Assembly (NCBI RefSeq): GCF_006345805.1
Contig: NC_042997.1
Location: 198,028,001-198,092,000 of the forward strand
Origin: Octopus sinensis
Lineage: Eukaryota
DNA: 64,000 nt
Direction of reading: 5' to 3'
Under the pieces are notes generated by a model, which saw nothing but the letters and a program-made list of their open reading frames with translations, was not told the origin of the DNA and did no database searches. Positions 28,500 through 40,086 of this stretch are shown here, piece after piece; positions within the stretch are counted from its first letter, which is position 1, and each line of letters opens with the position of its first letter. Both the position numbers and the translations under genes were made by a program.

Positions 28500-29799
28500 C
28501 ATACATACATACATACATACTACATACATACATACATACATACATGTGTGTGTGTGTCTTTGCACCTGTGTTTGTCCCCCATACCGTTTAACAAACGGTG
28601 TTGATGTGCTTACGTTTCTGTAAGTTAGTGATTCGGGGAAAAGGGACCGATAGGAAAAGTAACATGCTTTTAAAAATAAGTACTGGGGTCGATTCTATCG
28701 GCGAAAATTTCTGTAAGTAGGTATCCCGGCATAGCTGCAGTGTAACGACTGAAAAAGTATGAGGAAAAAATAATAAAAGACAAAAAAAAAATGGAAAATG
28801 TCAGATTATATTAGTTGTAACAGGTTTTGCCAAAATAGGTTTTGTTTGGAAAATGGTAAAACAAAGATTATAAAAAAAGCAACCACAATAGGAATTTCAA
28901 CAGAAGTCTTCTACAGATATTATACTTTGGAAAAATGGCCATACATTTCATCAATAGCAATATTTTGAACATAAATTCGCAATGTATCTCTTTTTGCAAG
29001 CACAGATATAAATATTTCTTTGCAAGATATAAAATATCGCAAAACTGACCAAACATTAAATCTTAGAAACGTTTTTCTTATATCAAAGAGAAAGTGAGTG
29101 AGAGAGAGAGAGAGGTGGGGAGAGATAAGAAAAAACAATGCGAATGAGAAAAAAAAACTACAGAAAGAAGAGAAAACACGAAACTGAAAGCCATAGGATT
29201 ACTTAACATTATTTCTGATTCATAAAAAAAAAGTTGATATATTCTTTATATGGAATGTGAGATATCTTTTTATAACATTTCATTTCCAAAAAGCCGTAAT
29301 CGTTTCCGTGCCTTCAGCGTCTAAGATCATGGACATACTAAGCTGCAGTTTGTGAGAGAGAGAAGTTATAACAGGTTTCCTAGCGGGATCAAATAAACTC
29401 TATCATTTACCCACCAACCATGTTACGAATTACACGACGTTACAAATTCCTGCTCCTTCGTAATTGGCAATTGGAATATATAATATTAATTTATGTTGAA
29501 AATCGTAGCAGTTAATTCATTGATAATTATATCCACGAGGTTATTTCTCATTGCTAGTATCGCATCGATTTCCAAAGCCTTGCGATATTAGACGTTACTG
29601 TGCGTATTATGAAATATTCATATATGTACTTTAACTTGTCTTACCAGGCTAATTAATTGACCAATTATCTTGAAGAGAAAGAAATTGAATCGTGGTATAC
29701 AAACAGAAAAATAGCATGACAAATAGATTTAAACACCTCATTTGTATGAAAGAGAATGGGATAAACAGGCAGTTTGTAGCGGCAATATTTAACAAGGCA

Positions 29800-30370
29800 A
29801 AGGCGGCGAGCTGACAGAAACGTTAGCGCGCTGGGCAAAATGCTTGGCGATATTTCGTCTGCCGCTACGTTCTGAGTTCAAATTCCGCCGAGGTCGACTT
29901 TGCCTTTCATCCTTTCGGGGTCGATAAATTAAGTACCAGTTACACTCTGGGGTCGATATAATCGACTTAATCCGTTTGTCTGTCCTTGTTCATCCCCTCT
30001 GTGTTTAGCCCCTTGTGGGTAGTAAAGAAATAGGTATTTCGTCTGCCGCTACGTTCTGAGTTCAAATTCCGCCGAGGTCGACTTTGCTTTTCTTCCTTTC
30101 GGGGTCGATTAAATAAGTACCAGTTACGCACTGGGTTCGATTTAACCGACTTAATCCGTGTGTCTGTCCTTATTTGTCTCCTTTGTGGGCAATAAAGAAA
30201 TAAGAAACAGTAGCACGTCAGGGAAAATGCATATTTCGTCCGACCTTACGTTCTGAATTCAAATTCCACCGAGGTCGACTTTGCCTTTTGTCCTTTCGGG
30301 TCGATAAATTGTGTAATCAACTGCCCCCGCTCCCTCAAAATTTCAGGCCTTGTGCCTACAGAAGAAAAGT
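29800..30370 (+). mobile_element. SINE family A, 3-unit array inside a 13-bp TSD (atatttaacaagg); another copy follows at 30385-30535
   Basis: TSD at 29785-29797 and 30371-30383. Confidence 0.85.
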
Positions 30371-30734
30371 ATATTTAACAAGGTGAGGCGACGAGCTGGC
30401 AGAAACCTTAGCACGCCGGGCAAAATGCTTAGCGATATTTCGTCTGCCGCTAAGTTCTGTGTTCAAATTCCACTGAGGTCGAATTTGCCTTTTATCCTTT
30501 CGAGGTCGGTAAATTAAGTACCAGTTGCGTACTTAATTTACAAGATATCACAAGAAAGAATGTTAGCTGCGACGATGTAATGGAATTGAGAAAGACTTGC
30601 TAACTCGGTTAAAAATGTGAGGTTCGTCCCCTTGGACAAACAATAATGATGCTCTCTTTATGTTTCAGTTAGAATACTCCCTCTCTCTCCTCGTGTCTTC
30701 ATACACACACACATGTCCTCTCACCACCACACAT

Positions 30735-30916
30735 GCTGGCATGGCTGTGTGATTAGAAGTTTGCTTCCAAAACAGTAGACTTCAGGTTCAGTCCCACTGC
30801 GTGGCAACTTTGGCTAGCGTATCCTGCTATGACCTCAGGCCGACGAAAACATTGTGAGGGGACTTTTAGACGGAAACTAAAGGAAGCTCGTCATATCTAT
30901 CTGTCTGTCTGTCTGC

Positions 30917-30992
<76 letters not shown>

Positions 30993-31200
30993 ACACACAT
31001 AAATATGTTAATGTGTGTGTGTGCATGAATGTATATGTCTTTGTATGTGTATGTGTTTATTCCTCACCGGTATTAGTTTGCTTACTTCCCCATAATTTAT
31101 TGCGTCGGCAAACCAGTGCATTAGAATAAGGTATTTATCGCTCGATTAAGACCTCTTAAAGCGGTCCCTTGTGTAGACGCAGTACAATGATCGAATCAAA
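30735..31200 (+). mobile_element. SINE family B, diverged, with an internal (CTAT)n
   Basis: Head and tail blocks recognisable. Confidence 0.65.
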
Positions 31201-31489
31201 TAAAGATCAGAGTAAAATCAATTTTTACAATAAACTGAAAGATACTTTGATATTTTTTGATTTTCTTCGATAAGAATATTTTTGACAGTGACTTCGAAGT
31301 TCCGGACTGACGAGCCATAATCTGACAATAGTATATTTATCTGAGTTGGTTTTATATGGGTTCCGTTAAATTTAGATTGTCTTGGGTAGGTGGTGCTCTG
31401 CTGAATGATATTTAAGTTGCAGGGTAGGTTTTGATGGAGGGATACACTAGAAGATTTTATAGGTTAAATATGTAGTTGTGGTTCAATCA

Positions 31490-32420
31490 TGAATGTAGAA
31501 CTTTGTAATCAGGTGTCTGCACAGGTGTGCCAGCTACAGGTGTTGGAGTTGTCATTTAGGGTTCACAAAAGATTGTAGATGAGTAAAAGCGTTAGCTTTT
31601 CTGCAGATGTGTAGCTAGATTGTTGTTGATTTTATGTGGGCATTAATAGGAAATTTAAGTAGTTTGCTTTGGAAATGTGATAGTTATAGTTCAGAGTTCA
31701 GTGCAGCATATAAAAATTTCTAATCAGGTGTCTGCACAGGTGTGCAGCTACAGGTGTGCCAGCTACAGGTGTGTCAGCTACAGGTGTGCCAGCTACAGGT
31801 GTGTCAGCTACAAGTGTTGGAGTGTTCATTTAGGGTTCACAAAAGATTGTAGATGTGTAAAAGGGTTAGCAGTAAAATTTGCTAATCTTGTGCATTATGA
31901 TACACAAAAAGATGTGTTTAGATAAAAAGGTTATTTGTTTAATAGATTTCTTAGCAAAAGGGTCAGCAGGTATGTAGTTAGGTTGTTGTTGATTGTATGT
32001 GAACATTAATAGGAAATTTAAGTTGTTTGCTTTGGAAATATGAAAGTTATAGTTCAGAGTTCAGTCCAGCATATAAATCTTTGTAATTGGGTGTGTTTAT
32101 TTACGTGTATCAGGTATTAGGTCACTGAGTCTTTAAGTGTTCCCATAAAAATACGTGTAGCCGGAAAGGTTAGTTGGTCAGCAGATTTCTTTACTTCTTG
32201 TTTGTGTTATTTAGATCTGACCTTTTTGTTTTGAGGTGGAAGCTATTGTTCGGTGTTCAGTCAAGCATATAGAGCTCTGTAATTACGCATGTTTATTTAG
32301 TTGTATCAGCTATAATTCATGGTTTTGTTAGAATAGGAATTTGCTAATCGTGTGCTTTATGATTCACAAAAGGATGTGTGTAGATAAAAAGGTTATTTGC
32401 TTAGTAGATTTCTTGGAGTG
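31490..32420. repeat. Local complex tandem duplication with a 15-bp minisatellite (cagctacaggtgtg[c/t]) x5 at about 31737-31815
   Basis: 31500-31720 is repeated in 31720-32085; 31880-31955 is repeated at 32338-32412. Confidence 0.8.
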
Positions 32421-32624
32421 AATTATTCTTGATGCTATTTGATTACTACTTAGAAAATGTAAACGTTGTGTTATGGGAATATAAAGTTTGTGGACTTCGT
32501 TTTTATCAATATTTCTACTATTGAGTAGGTATTAGCAATAATTCTTATACAACCTTGGACCTATGAATATATGCAAACAAGAGACATAAATAATGTATGC
32601 ATGTAATTACATACTTTTTTATTC

Positions 32625-32997
32625 TTTTATTTGTTTCTGTCATTTGACTGCAGTCATGCAGGAGCACCGCCTTCAGTCGAATAAATTGACCCCAGGACTT
32701 TGTAAGCCTAGTATTTATTCTATCGGTGTCTTTTCCCGAACCGTTAGGTTACGGGGACGTAAACACACCAGCATCGGTTGTCAAGTGATGGTGTGGGCGG
32801 ACAACCTAAAACACACAAACACACAATATACACACATATACATATATATACGACAGGTTCCGTCAACCAAATCCACTCACAAGGCTTTGGTCGGCCCGAG
32901 GCTGGAGTAGAAAACACTTACTTAAGATGCCACGCAGTGGGACTGAACCTGGAACCATGTGGTCGGTAAGCAAGCTACTTGCCACACAACCACGCTT
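32625..32997 (-). mobile_element. SINE family B
   Basis: Reverse-complement head and tail. Confidence 0.8.
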
Positions 32998-33160
32998 ATA
33001 TTCAAAGTAAATACACACATAACGAAGAAATATATATATATATATATATACACGTAAAATATCGGGTAGCGAGTTTTTTTAGAAATTTCACTACCAGTGG
33101 CCTATCATGTATAAGAAGTCAATAGACAAAATATTCTCAATATAAAATAGTGTAGTGTAC

Positions 33161-33745
33161 ATTTAAACACAAGAGAAACTGCCTTTAACAGGCAGTTTTA
33201 CACGCTAGAAGAAGTAGTCAAAACGACCAAAACCACATTTAAGAGCAATTTTGAAGGGAGTGAAAAATAAAAAGTTTTACCTTGTTATTTTATTACGGTC
33301 ATACCCAGATTTCAAATATTTTTAGCGGGTAAAATAACTTGCTAGACGAAATTCTCATCAGTGACCGTGCCATAACACTAACATATAATTAAGAGATAAA
33401 TAACACGTGCCTCATCGTTATATATTATAACTTTTCAAATTCCCCGCGCAAGCGCAGTTTCAGTTGGTTAATTTCAAAAATTAAAACATATAACGATGAG
33501 ACACGCTTTATTTGTAACTTAATTATATGTTAGTGTTATGGCGCGGTCACTGATGATAATTTCGCCTAGCAAATTATTTTATTCGCTAAAAAACTTTGAA
33601 AAGTAGGTATGACCGTAATAAAATAAAGTAAAAGTTTTTATTTTTCATTCCCTTCAAAATTGCTCTTAAATGTGGTTTTGGTGGTTTTGACTACTTCTTC
33701 TAGCGTGTAAAGCTGCCTGTTGAAGGCAGTCTTTCTTGTGTTTAA

Positions 33746-33747
<2 letters not shown>
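33161..33747. mobile_element. Foldback element with ~260-bp diverged inverted arms
   Basis: atttaaacacaagagaaactgcc... versus ...ggcagtctttcttgtgtttaaat. A related single arm lies at about 42975-43270. Confidence 0.8.
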
Positions 33748-33810
<63 letters not shown>

Positions 33811-33843
33811 CATTAGAAGGTTTGGAGATGATGTACAGGTATC

Positions 33844-34104
33844 ATATATTAGAAGAAATGAGGTACTTAGAAATCTGGATGGTTTTATATTCACAGATAT
33901 TTATTAGTATGTTACATGTTTTTATAAATCATATATTAGCGCTTTCATCCACTCTAGTGGAGTTGACAAATTTGACAACTCCACTAGAGTGGACGAAAGC
34001 GCTAATATATGATATATGATTTATAAAAACATGTAACATACTAATAAATTTCTGTAAATATAAAACCATCAAGATTTCTGAGTACTTCATTTCTTCTAAT
34101 ATAT
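33844..34104. mobile_element. Foldback element, ~260-bp palindrome flanked by (TA)n
   Basis: atatattagaagaaatgaggtac... versus ...gtacttcatttcttctaatatat, centred near 33970. Confidence 0.85.
33972..34010 (+). ncRNA. Hammerhead-like motif with U3:A8 core next to the centre of a foldback
   Basis: TTGACAA-C-TCCAC TAGA GTGGA-C-GAAA-GCGC-TA. Palindromic AGCGCT stem III; stem I is weak (2-3 bp). Confidence 0.4.
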
Positions 34105-34300
34105 ATATATATATAGAAAACTGAGAATGTCTGTCTGTTTGTCTGTCTGTCTGTGTGAATCTCTAAAACTTGAGAACTACACAACCGATTTCATTCAAAT
34201 TTTACACGTGCCTTACTTAGAGTCCAGGGAGTGTCATGGGCAAAAATGTTTAACTTCTTGCCTAGGGCGAGCCCACAACAATATCATATATTCTCCACTA
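34105..34300 (+). mobile_element. Helitron-like 5' fragment
   Basis: tatatagaaaactgagaatgtctgtctg..caaccgatttcattcaaattttacac resembles the start of 42628. Confidence 0.4.
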
Positions 34301-34692
34301 TTTCAGTATTATGTGTTAAAAGTGAAACAAAAACATCTCTCTACTGTAATATCAGATACTTTCACTTTAATACTGAAACTGGGAGGAACCATTAATAGTG
34401 GGCATCCATTTTGCTAGAAGAAGATCCGCTATGGTCTTATATGCTACACCACTAGTTTGCAATTCATATTAATCAAATTAATATTCAATTTCTCACCCTT
34501 ATTATTTTAAATTTAAATTTAAACCAGGACCATGTGTTTTGGAACGAAGTTTGTTACCACACAGCCACACCTGCACCTATGTATGTATGTGTGTATAGCT
34601 GTATATGTATACATTTATTTCTATACATATAGATGTATATGTATACATGTATATATATATATATACTTTATTTTAAGCAGCAGAAAATTCAA

Positions 34693-34738
34693 CAAAATCT
34701 GTTACTCTGAGTTTCTCGTTGCCGTTCATCAGACAGTT
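34693..34738 (-). ncRNA. Minimal type I hammerhead-ribozyme-like motif at the PLE end (intact CUGAUGA core)
   Basis: Minus strand: ctgt-CTGATGA-A-CG GCAA CG-A-GAAA-CTCAGAG-TA-acag. Stem I ctgt/acag, 2-bp stem II with GNRA loop, near-palindromic stem III ACTCAGAGT, UA cleavage site. Confidence 0.6.
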
Positions 34739-35536
34739 CATCAGACAGTACAAATTAATGCATAGAAATTAAACCTGTTATAAATACTGCAATACATATT
34801 TATATTAAAATCCACATATATATATCAACATACACAAAAGGATGCGCGTAAACGCCATACATACATATACAGACGTATGAATATGAATCTAAATTATACA
34901 CATAAAAGCATGTGTACATATATTCACGCAAACCGTCTCGCACGCAAGCTAAAATTCATATGTAGCAATTCTCATATACTGAGCAAGGAGGGGGAACGAA
35001 AGAAAGGGAAAGAGAGAAAAAGGAACGAAGGAGGGGTGGGGAAAAAACTGTAGCGATGTTATTGGCATCTATAGAGGCCAGTATACATACACAAGTTTGA
35101 ATTGATACATATACATACCGTCGTGTGTATGCGTGCTTAAGCACAAGCATACTTTCACTTACACATACACAGATACGCATGCTTACAAATACATATGCTT
35201 TGCTATACACATACTTATATAAACATTCTAATTTTGACAACATTGCTTTTTTTAAAAAAAAACAAAAAAACATTGCTTTTAAAAAATGGGTGCATTAATA
35301 AAAATATATACGAAAGACATATAAAATAAAATATAACATCCTATTTTGGGTCATTTATAAATAATCAAGGTAATATAAATAATCAAGGTAATCCTATGCA
35401 ATACAATAACATGAAAACAAAGTTTGTAGGTTTTTCCTAATATATATGTAGAAACAATAAGACTTTGCTATAGATCCGTCGTAGCGCTCAAGAGTCAAAA
35501 TCAAAATCAAAAATCAAAATACAAAATATATACTCT

Positions 35537-36208
35537 ATCCATATGGTATATTTATATTCGACATTTTAAATTTAGCCGCGTGCCTACATAAGTTCATTAA
35601 CTCACTTCTTTGATTCAAAGAATTATTGTCTTTGAATAAGATGTGCATTTTCTCTAATAAGCAAAGCCTGCACTTGAAATTATATTTGTAAGCTCCATGC
35701 CTGTATGGTGCCGCCCTGTCCAGAATGCTCCATGTCACGTTGAAAGGTGGGGCTTCCTTTTCTTTTAGTTCCCAGACATATTTTGCTAGGCTGGTTTTCT
35801 TCCTATTCTCTGGGTATTTAAAAGATTCTTATGAGAATAAAATCTTGTTTTAAATGAATTTTCTGAAGCCCCTGTGTATGTCTTGTATTCCGATGAGCCT
35901 TCCACTTGCACCTTGGCTCTATAAACTACTCCTTTCACTAGCATTTCCCTTCCAACGGACAGGAGCTTTCGTTTTTGAAATTACATTTCTTAATGGGCTC
36001 GGCACCATGTCTAATCTCAATTAGCTTCCTATTATGTTGGCTAATGTAAGAGGCGAAATTTCTGCAACAAGAATAGCTAACCTTCAGGGTTCTTCTATTA
36101 AATATTCTGTAGAATTTATGACCCTGCTTAAAATGCTTAGAGACTAATCTCAAAAATTCCTTACCTATATTAGTCTTTACGGCCAAATTGAAAGCCGGGT
36201 TGAACCAC
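35537..36208 (-). pseudogene. Inverted second copy of the PLE linker and GIY-YIG endonuclease coding region
   Basis: ORFs 35938..36210 and 35535..35738 are identical in protein to parts of 37230..37904. There is one 1-bp deletion near 35826. Confidence 0.9.
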
Positions 36209-36218
36209 AAGCCGGGTT

Positions 36219-37904
36219 GAACTTAGAAGCAAGAGGAATAGCTAACGATCTTAAGATTAGCGATAGGATTGAATACCTTTCACCACGACCAGCTTTTATT
36301 ACTCTGAAAGACCATAAAGACAATTTTAGTAGAAACCCCAAATGTAGATTGATAAATCCGGCTAAAACTGAGATAGGAATTATTAGCAAAAATATTTTGG
36401 ACCGTATTTTAGTTAAGTTAGATAGTGAAGTAGACTTGAGAATTTGGAAGAATAGTAAGTCAGTTATAGAGTGGTTTAAAGGTATTAGCTATAAGAATAA
36501 TTGTAGTTTCACACAATTCGACATTATTGACTTTTACCGTCGATATCTAGGACGTTGCTCCTAAGGGCATTGGACTTCGCCAAGCAGTATGTCAACATCG
36601 ATAGCTCGGAAATTGAAATTATTATGCATGCGAGGAAATCGCTTCTGTTTTTCGAGGATTCCACCTGGATTAAGAAGACTGAGGATTCTCTTTTCGATGT
36701 ACCGATGGGGGCATACGACGGGGCTGAATTATGTATGCTCATAGGAGCCTTATTCTCCATAATCTAAAAATAGAATTCCCATTTATAGATGCAGGTCTAT
36801 ATAGGGATGACGGCCTTATAGCCACGCATAATCTAAACGGCCAGGAATCAGATAGACTTAGGAAGGACCTTATAGCTTTCTTTCAAAGGATGGGCTTACG
36901 GATTACGATAGATACTAACCTGAATAGTGTAGATTTTTTAGACGTAAATTTTAATGCAAGATCGGATAGATTTAAACCTTTCCGTAAGCCCAATGAAAAG
37001 CTATCGTATATTAGCAAAGATTCGAACCATCCACCAGTTATCCTTAGCAACTTAGTCAGCAATGTAGGTAGAAGAATATCTTCAATTCTTCGGACGAGGT
37101 AGCATTCCATAATGCTGCACCTTATTACGATAGCGCATTAAAGAATAGTGGATTCTCGGAGAAGATCCAGTTCAACCAGCTTAATGCTAATAATAATGCT
37201 GCACGAAGAACTAGGACCAGGAAAGTTTTGTGGTTCAACCCGGCTTTCAATTGGCCGTAAAGACTAATATAGGTAAGGAATTTTTGAGATTAGTCTCTAA
37301 GCATTTTAAGCAGGGTCATAAATTCTACAGAGTATTTAATAGAAGAACCCTGAAGGTTAGCTATTCTTGTTGCAGAAATTTCGCCTCTTACATTAGCCAA
37401 CATAATAGGAAGCTAATTGAGATTAGACATGGTGCCGAGCCCATTAAGAAATGTAATTTCAAAAACGAAAGCTCCTGTCCGTTGGAAGGGAAATGCCTAG
37501 TGAAAGGAGTAGTTTATAGAGCCAAGGTGCAAGTGGAAGGCTCATCGGAATACAAGACATACACAGGGGCTTCAGAAAATTCATTTAAAACAAGATTTTA
37601 TTCTCATAAGAATTCTTTTAAATACCCAGAGAATAGGAAGAAAACCAGCCTAGCAAAATATGTCTGGGAACTAAAAGAAAAGGAAGCCCCACCTTTCAAC
37701 GTGACATGGAGCATTCTGGACAGGGCGGCACCATACAGGCATGGAGCTTACAAATATAATTTCAAGTGCAGGCTTTGCTTATTAGAGAAAATGCACATCT
37801 TATTCAAAGACAATAATTCTTTGAATCAAAGAAGTGAGTTAATGAACTTATGTAGGCACGCGGCTAAATTTAAAATGTCGAATATAAATATACCATATGG
37901 ATAG
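36219..37904 (+). pseudogene. Penelope-like element (PLE) polyprotein, 5'-truncated: reverse transcriptase plus C-terminal GIY-YIG endonuclease, broken by four 1-bp deletions
   Basis: Consecutive ORF pieces join into the RT motifs AFITLKDHK..CRLINPAK, FDIIDFY(PSI), FDVPMGAYDGAE, GLYRDDGL, FLDV and SNHPP. They continue into the linker WFNP..TNIGK, a Cys motif C..CPLEGKC, the GIY-YIG-like VVY..YTG, CRLCLLEK and a terminal CRH. I saw no in-frame stop, only frameshifts near 36538, 36751, 37090 and 37250. The motif set resembles Naiad-type PLEs (inference). Confidence 0.92.
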
Positions 37905-38925
37905 AGTATATATTTTGTATTTTGATTTTGATTTTGATTTTGACTCTTGAGCGCTACGACGGATCTATAGCAAAGTCTTATGTTTCTACATATATATTAG
38001 GAAAAACCTACAAACTTTGTTTTCATGTTATTGTATTGCATAGGATTACCTTGATTATTTATATTACCTTGATTATTTATAAATGACCCAAAATAGGATG
38101 TTATATTTTATTTTATATGTCTTTCGTATATATTTTTATTAATGCACCCATTTTTTAAAAGCAATGTTTTTTTTGTTTTTTTTTTAAAAAAAGCAATGTT
38201 GTCAAAATTAGAATGTTTATATAAGTATGTGTATAGCAAAGCATATGTATTTGTAAGCATGCGTATCTGTGTATGTGTAAGTGAAAGTATGCGTGTGCTT
38301 AAGCACGCATACACACGACGGTATGTATATGTATCAATTCAAACTTGTGTATGTATACTGGCCTCTATAGATGCCAATAACATCGCTACAAGTTTTTTCC
38401 CCACCCCTCCTTCGTTCCTTTTTCTCTCTTTCCCTTTCTTTCGTTCCCCCTCCTTGCTCAGTATATGAGAATTGCTACATAGATGAATTTTAGCTTGCGT
38501 GCGAGACGGTTTGCGTGAATATATGTACACATGCTTTTATGTGTATAATTTAGATTCATATTCATACGCCTGTATATGTATGTCTGGCGTTTACGCGCAT
38601 CCTTTTGTGTATGTTGATATATAAATGTGGATTTTAATATAAATATGTATTGCAGTATTTATAACAGGTTTAATTTCTATGCATTAATTTGTACTGTCTT
38701 CATTAACGGCAATAGGTTTTTTCCTCGTTTTTTTCCTCGGATTTTATAATTTTTATAATTTTTATAAGTTTTTTTATATATATATACATATATTTTTGAC
38801 CTTTTTGTTTATCGCTCGAAGATTGACCGTTTTTTCTAAAGGGCCAATCAAACAAGTCCATTTCTTTTTAAAGGTGTAGCGTTTGTAAGAGTATAGATTG
38901 AATTAATATATAAGTTCCATTCTAG

Positions 38926-38975
38926 CAAAAACTGTCTGCTGAACGGCAACGAGAAACTCAGAGTAACAGATTTTG
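38926..38975 (+). ncRNA. Hammerhead-like motif at the PLE 3' end, core mutated (CUGCUGA, A6C)
   Basis: caaaa-a-ctgt CTGCTGA A CG GCAA CG A GAAA CTCAGAG TA acag-a-ttttg. Stem I is 4+5 bp. Confidence 0.5.
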
Positions 38976-39071
38976 TTGAATTTTCTGCTGCTTAAAATAA
39001 AGCATATTACTCTACCACTGGTATTTGAGTACTCTTTTTTCCACCTTGTTTCACATTTATGTGTTTACTCC

Positions 39072-39123
<52 letters not shown>

Positions 39124-39179
39124 ATATGTACACATATATATTCACATATATACACCCATACACACATACACACACACAC

Positions 39180-39490
39180 AGGTGCAGGTGTGGCTGTGTG
39201 GTAACAAACTTCGTTCCAAAACATATGGTCCTCAGTTCAGTCCCACTGTGTGGTGACTTGGCATGTGTCTTCTGCTATAGCCTCAGACCAACCAATGCCT
39301 TGTCATTGGATTTTGTAGACAGAAACCGAAAGAAACCAATCGTATATATATGTATGTATATATGTAAGTCTGTGTGTGTGTCTTTGTGTTTCTCCCTCAT
39401 CACTGCCTAACAACTGGTCTTCGTTTATTTACATCCCCATAACTTACTGGTTTCACAAGAAGAAACTGATAGAATAAGTACCAGGCTTAT
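39180..39490 (+). mobile_element. SINE family B, 3'-truncated
   Basis: ggtgcaggtgtggctgtgtgg..gatagaataagtaccaggctt. Confidence 0.75.
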
Positions 39491-39549
39491 CAAAATAAAA
39501 AAAAAACACTAGGCAGTATCTCATATTTTTGTTTGCCCACACAATTTAT

Positions 39550-39589
<40 letters not shown>

Positions 39590-39923
39590 GTGTGTGTGTG
39601 TGTGTGGTGTGTGTGTGTGTGTGTGTGTTGTGTGTGTGTGTGTGTACATACAAACACACATACACATATATATAGAGATTTCGTAGACAGAAACATATAT
39701 TTAAGTGTATGTGTGTAACTTTGTTTCTGTGTTTCACCCTCATCACTGCTTCACAACTGCTGTTCGTTTATTTACATCCCCATAACTTACTGGTTTTACA
39801 AGAATAAAATAATAGAATAAATACCAGGCTTATCAACATAAAAAAGCACTAAGCTGTGTCTCATATTTTTGTTTGCCCACTCAGTTGTATCTATCAATTT
39901 ATCTTTGTGTGTGTGTATATATA

Positions 39924-39956
<33 letters not shown>

Positions 39957-39983
39957 CACTCACACACATACACGCACGCACGC

Positions 39984-40032
<49 letters not shown>

Positions 40033-40042
40033 ATATATTATA

Positions 40043-40086
<44 letters not shown>

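Larger units (their letters stand above)
34666..39075. mobile_element. Complete PLE insertion: inverted 3' half (34666-36208, minus) joined to the sense RT-EN-3'UTR-tail (36219-39075), flanked by (TA)n
   Basis: 34743-36208 is the near-identical reverse complement of 37228-38700. 34666-34738 matches 38931-39001 in reverse. Both outer ends run into TA microsatellite. 5'-inverted arrangements are characteristic of PLE insertions. Confidence 0.9.

Noticed and set aside
33548-33570. CTGATGA as a hammerhead core (also at 13617, 22669 minus, 25699, 40430 and 52670)
   Set aside because: No stem II plus GAAA plus stem III follows.
37944-37980. Second hammerhead-like shape (gact..GCTA..TAGC AAA gtc) in the PLE 3' UTR
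   Set aside because: It has no CUGANGA-compatible core and no GAAA-stem III-UH arrangement.
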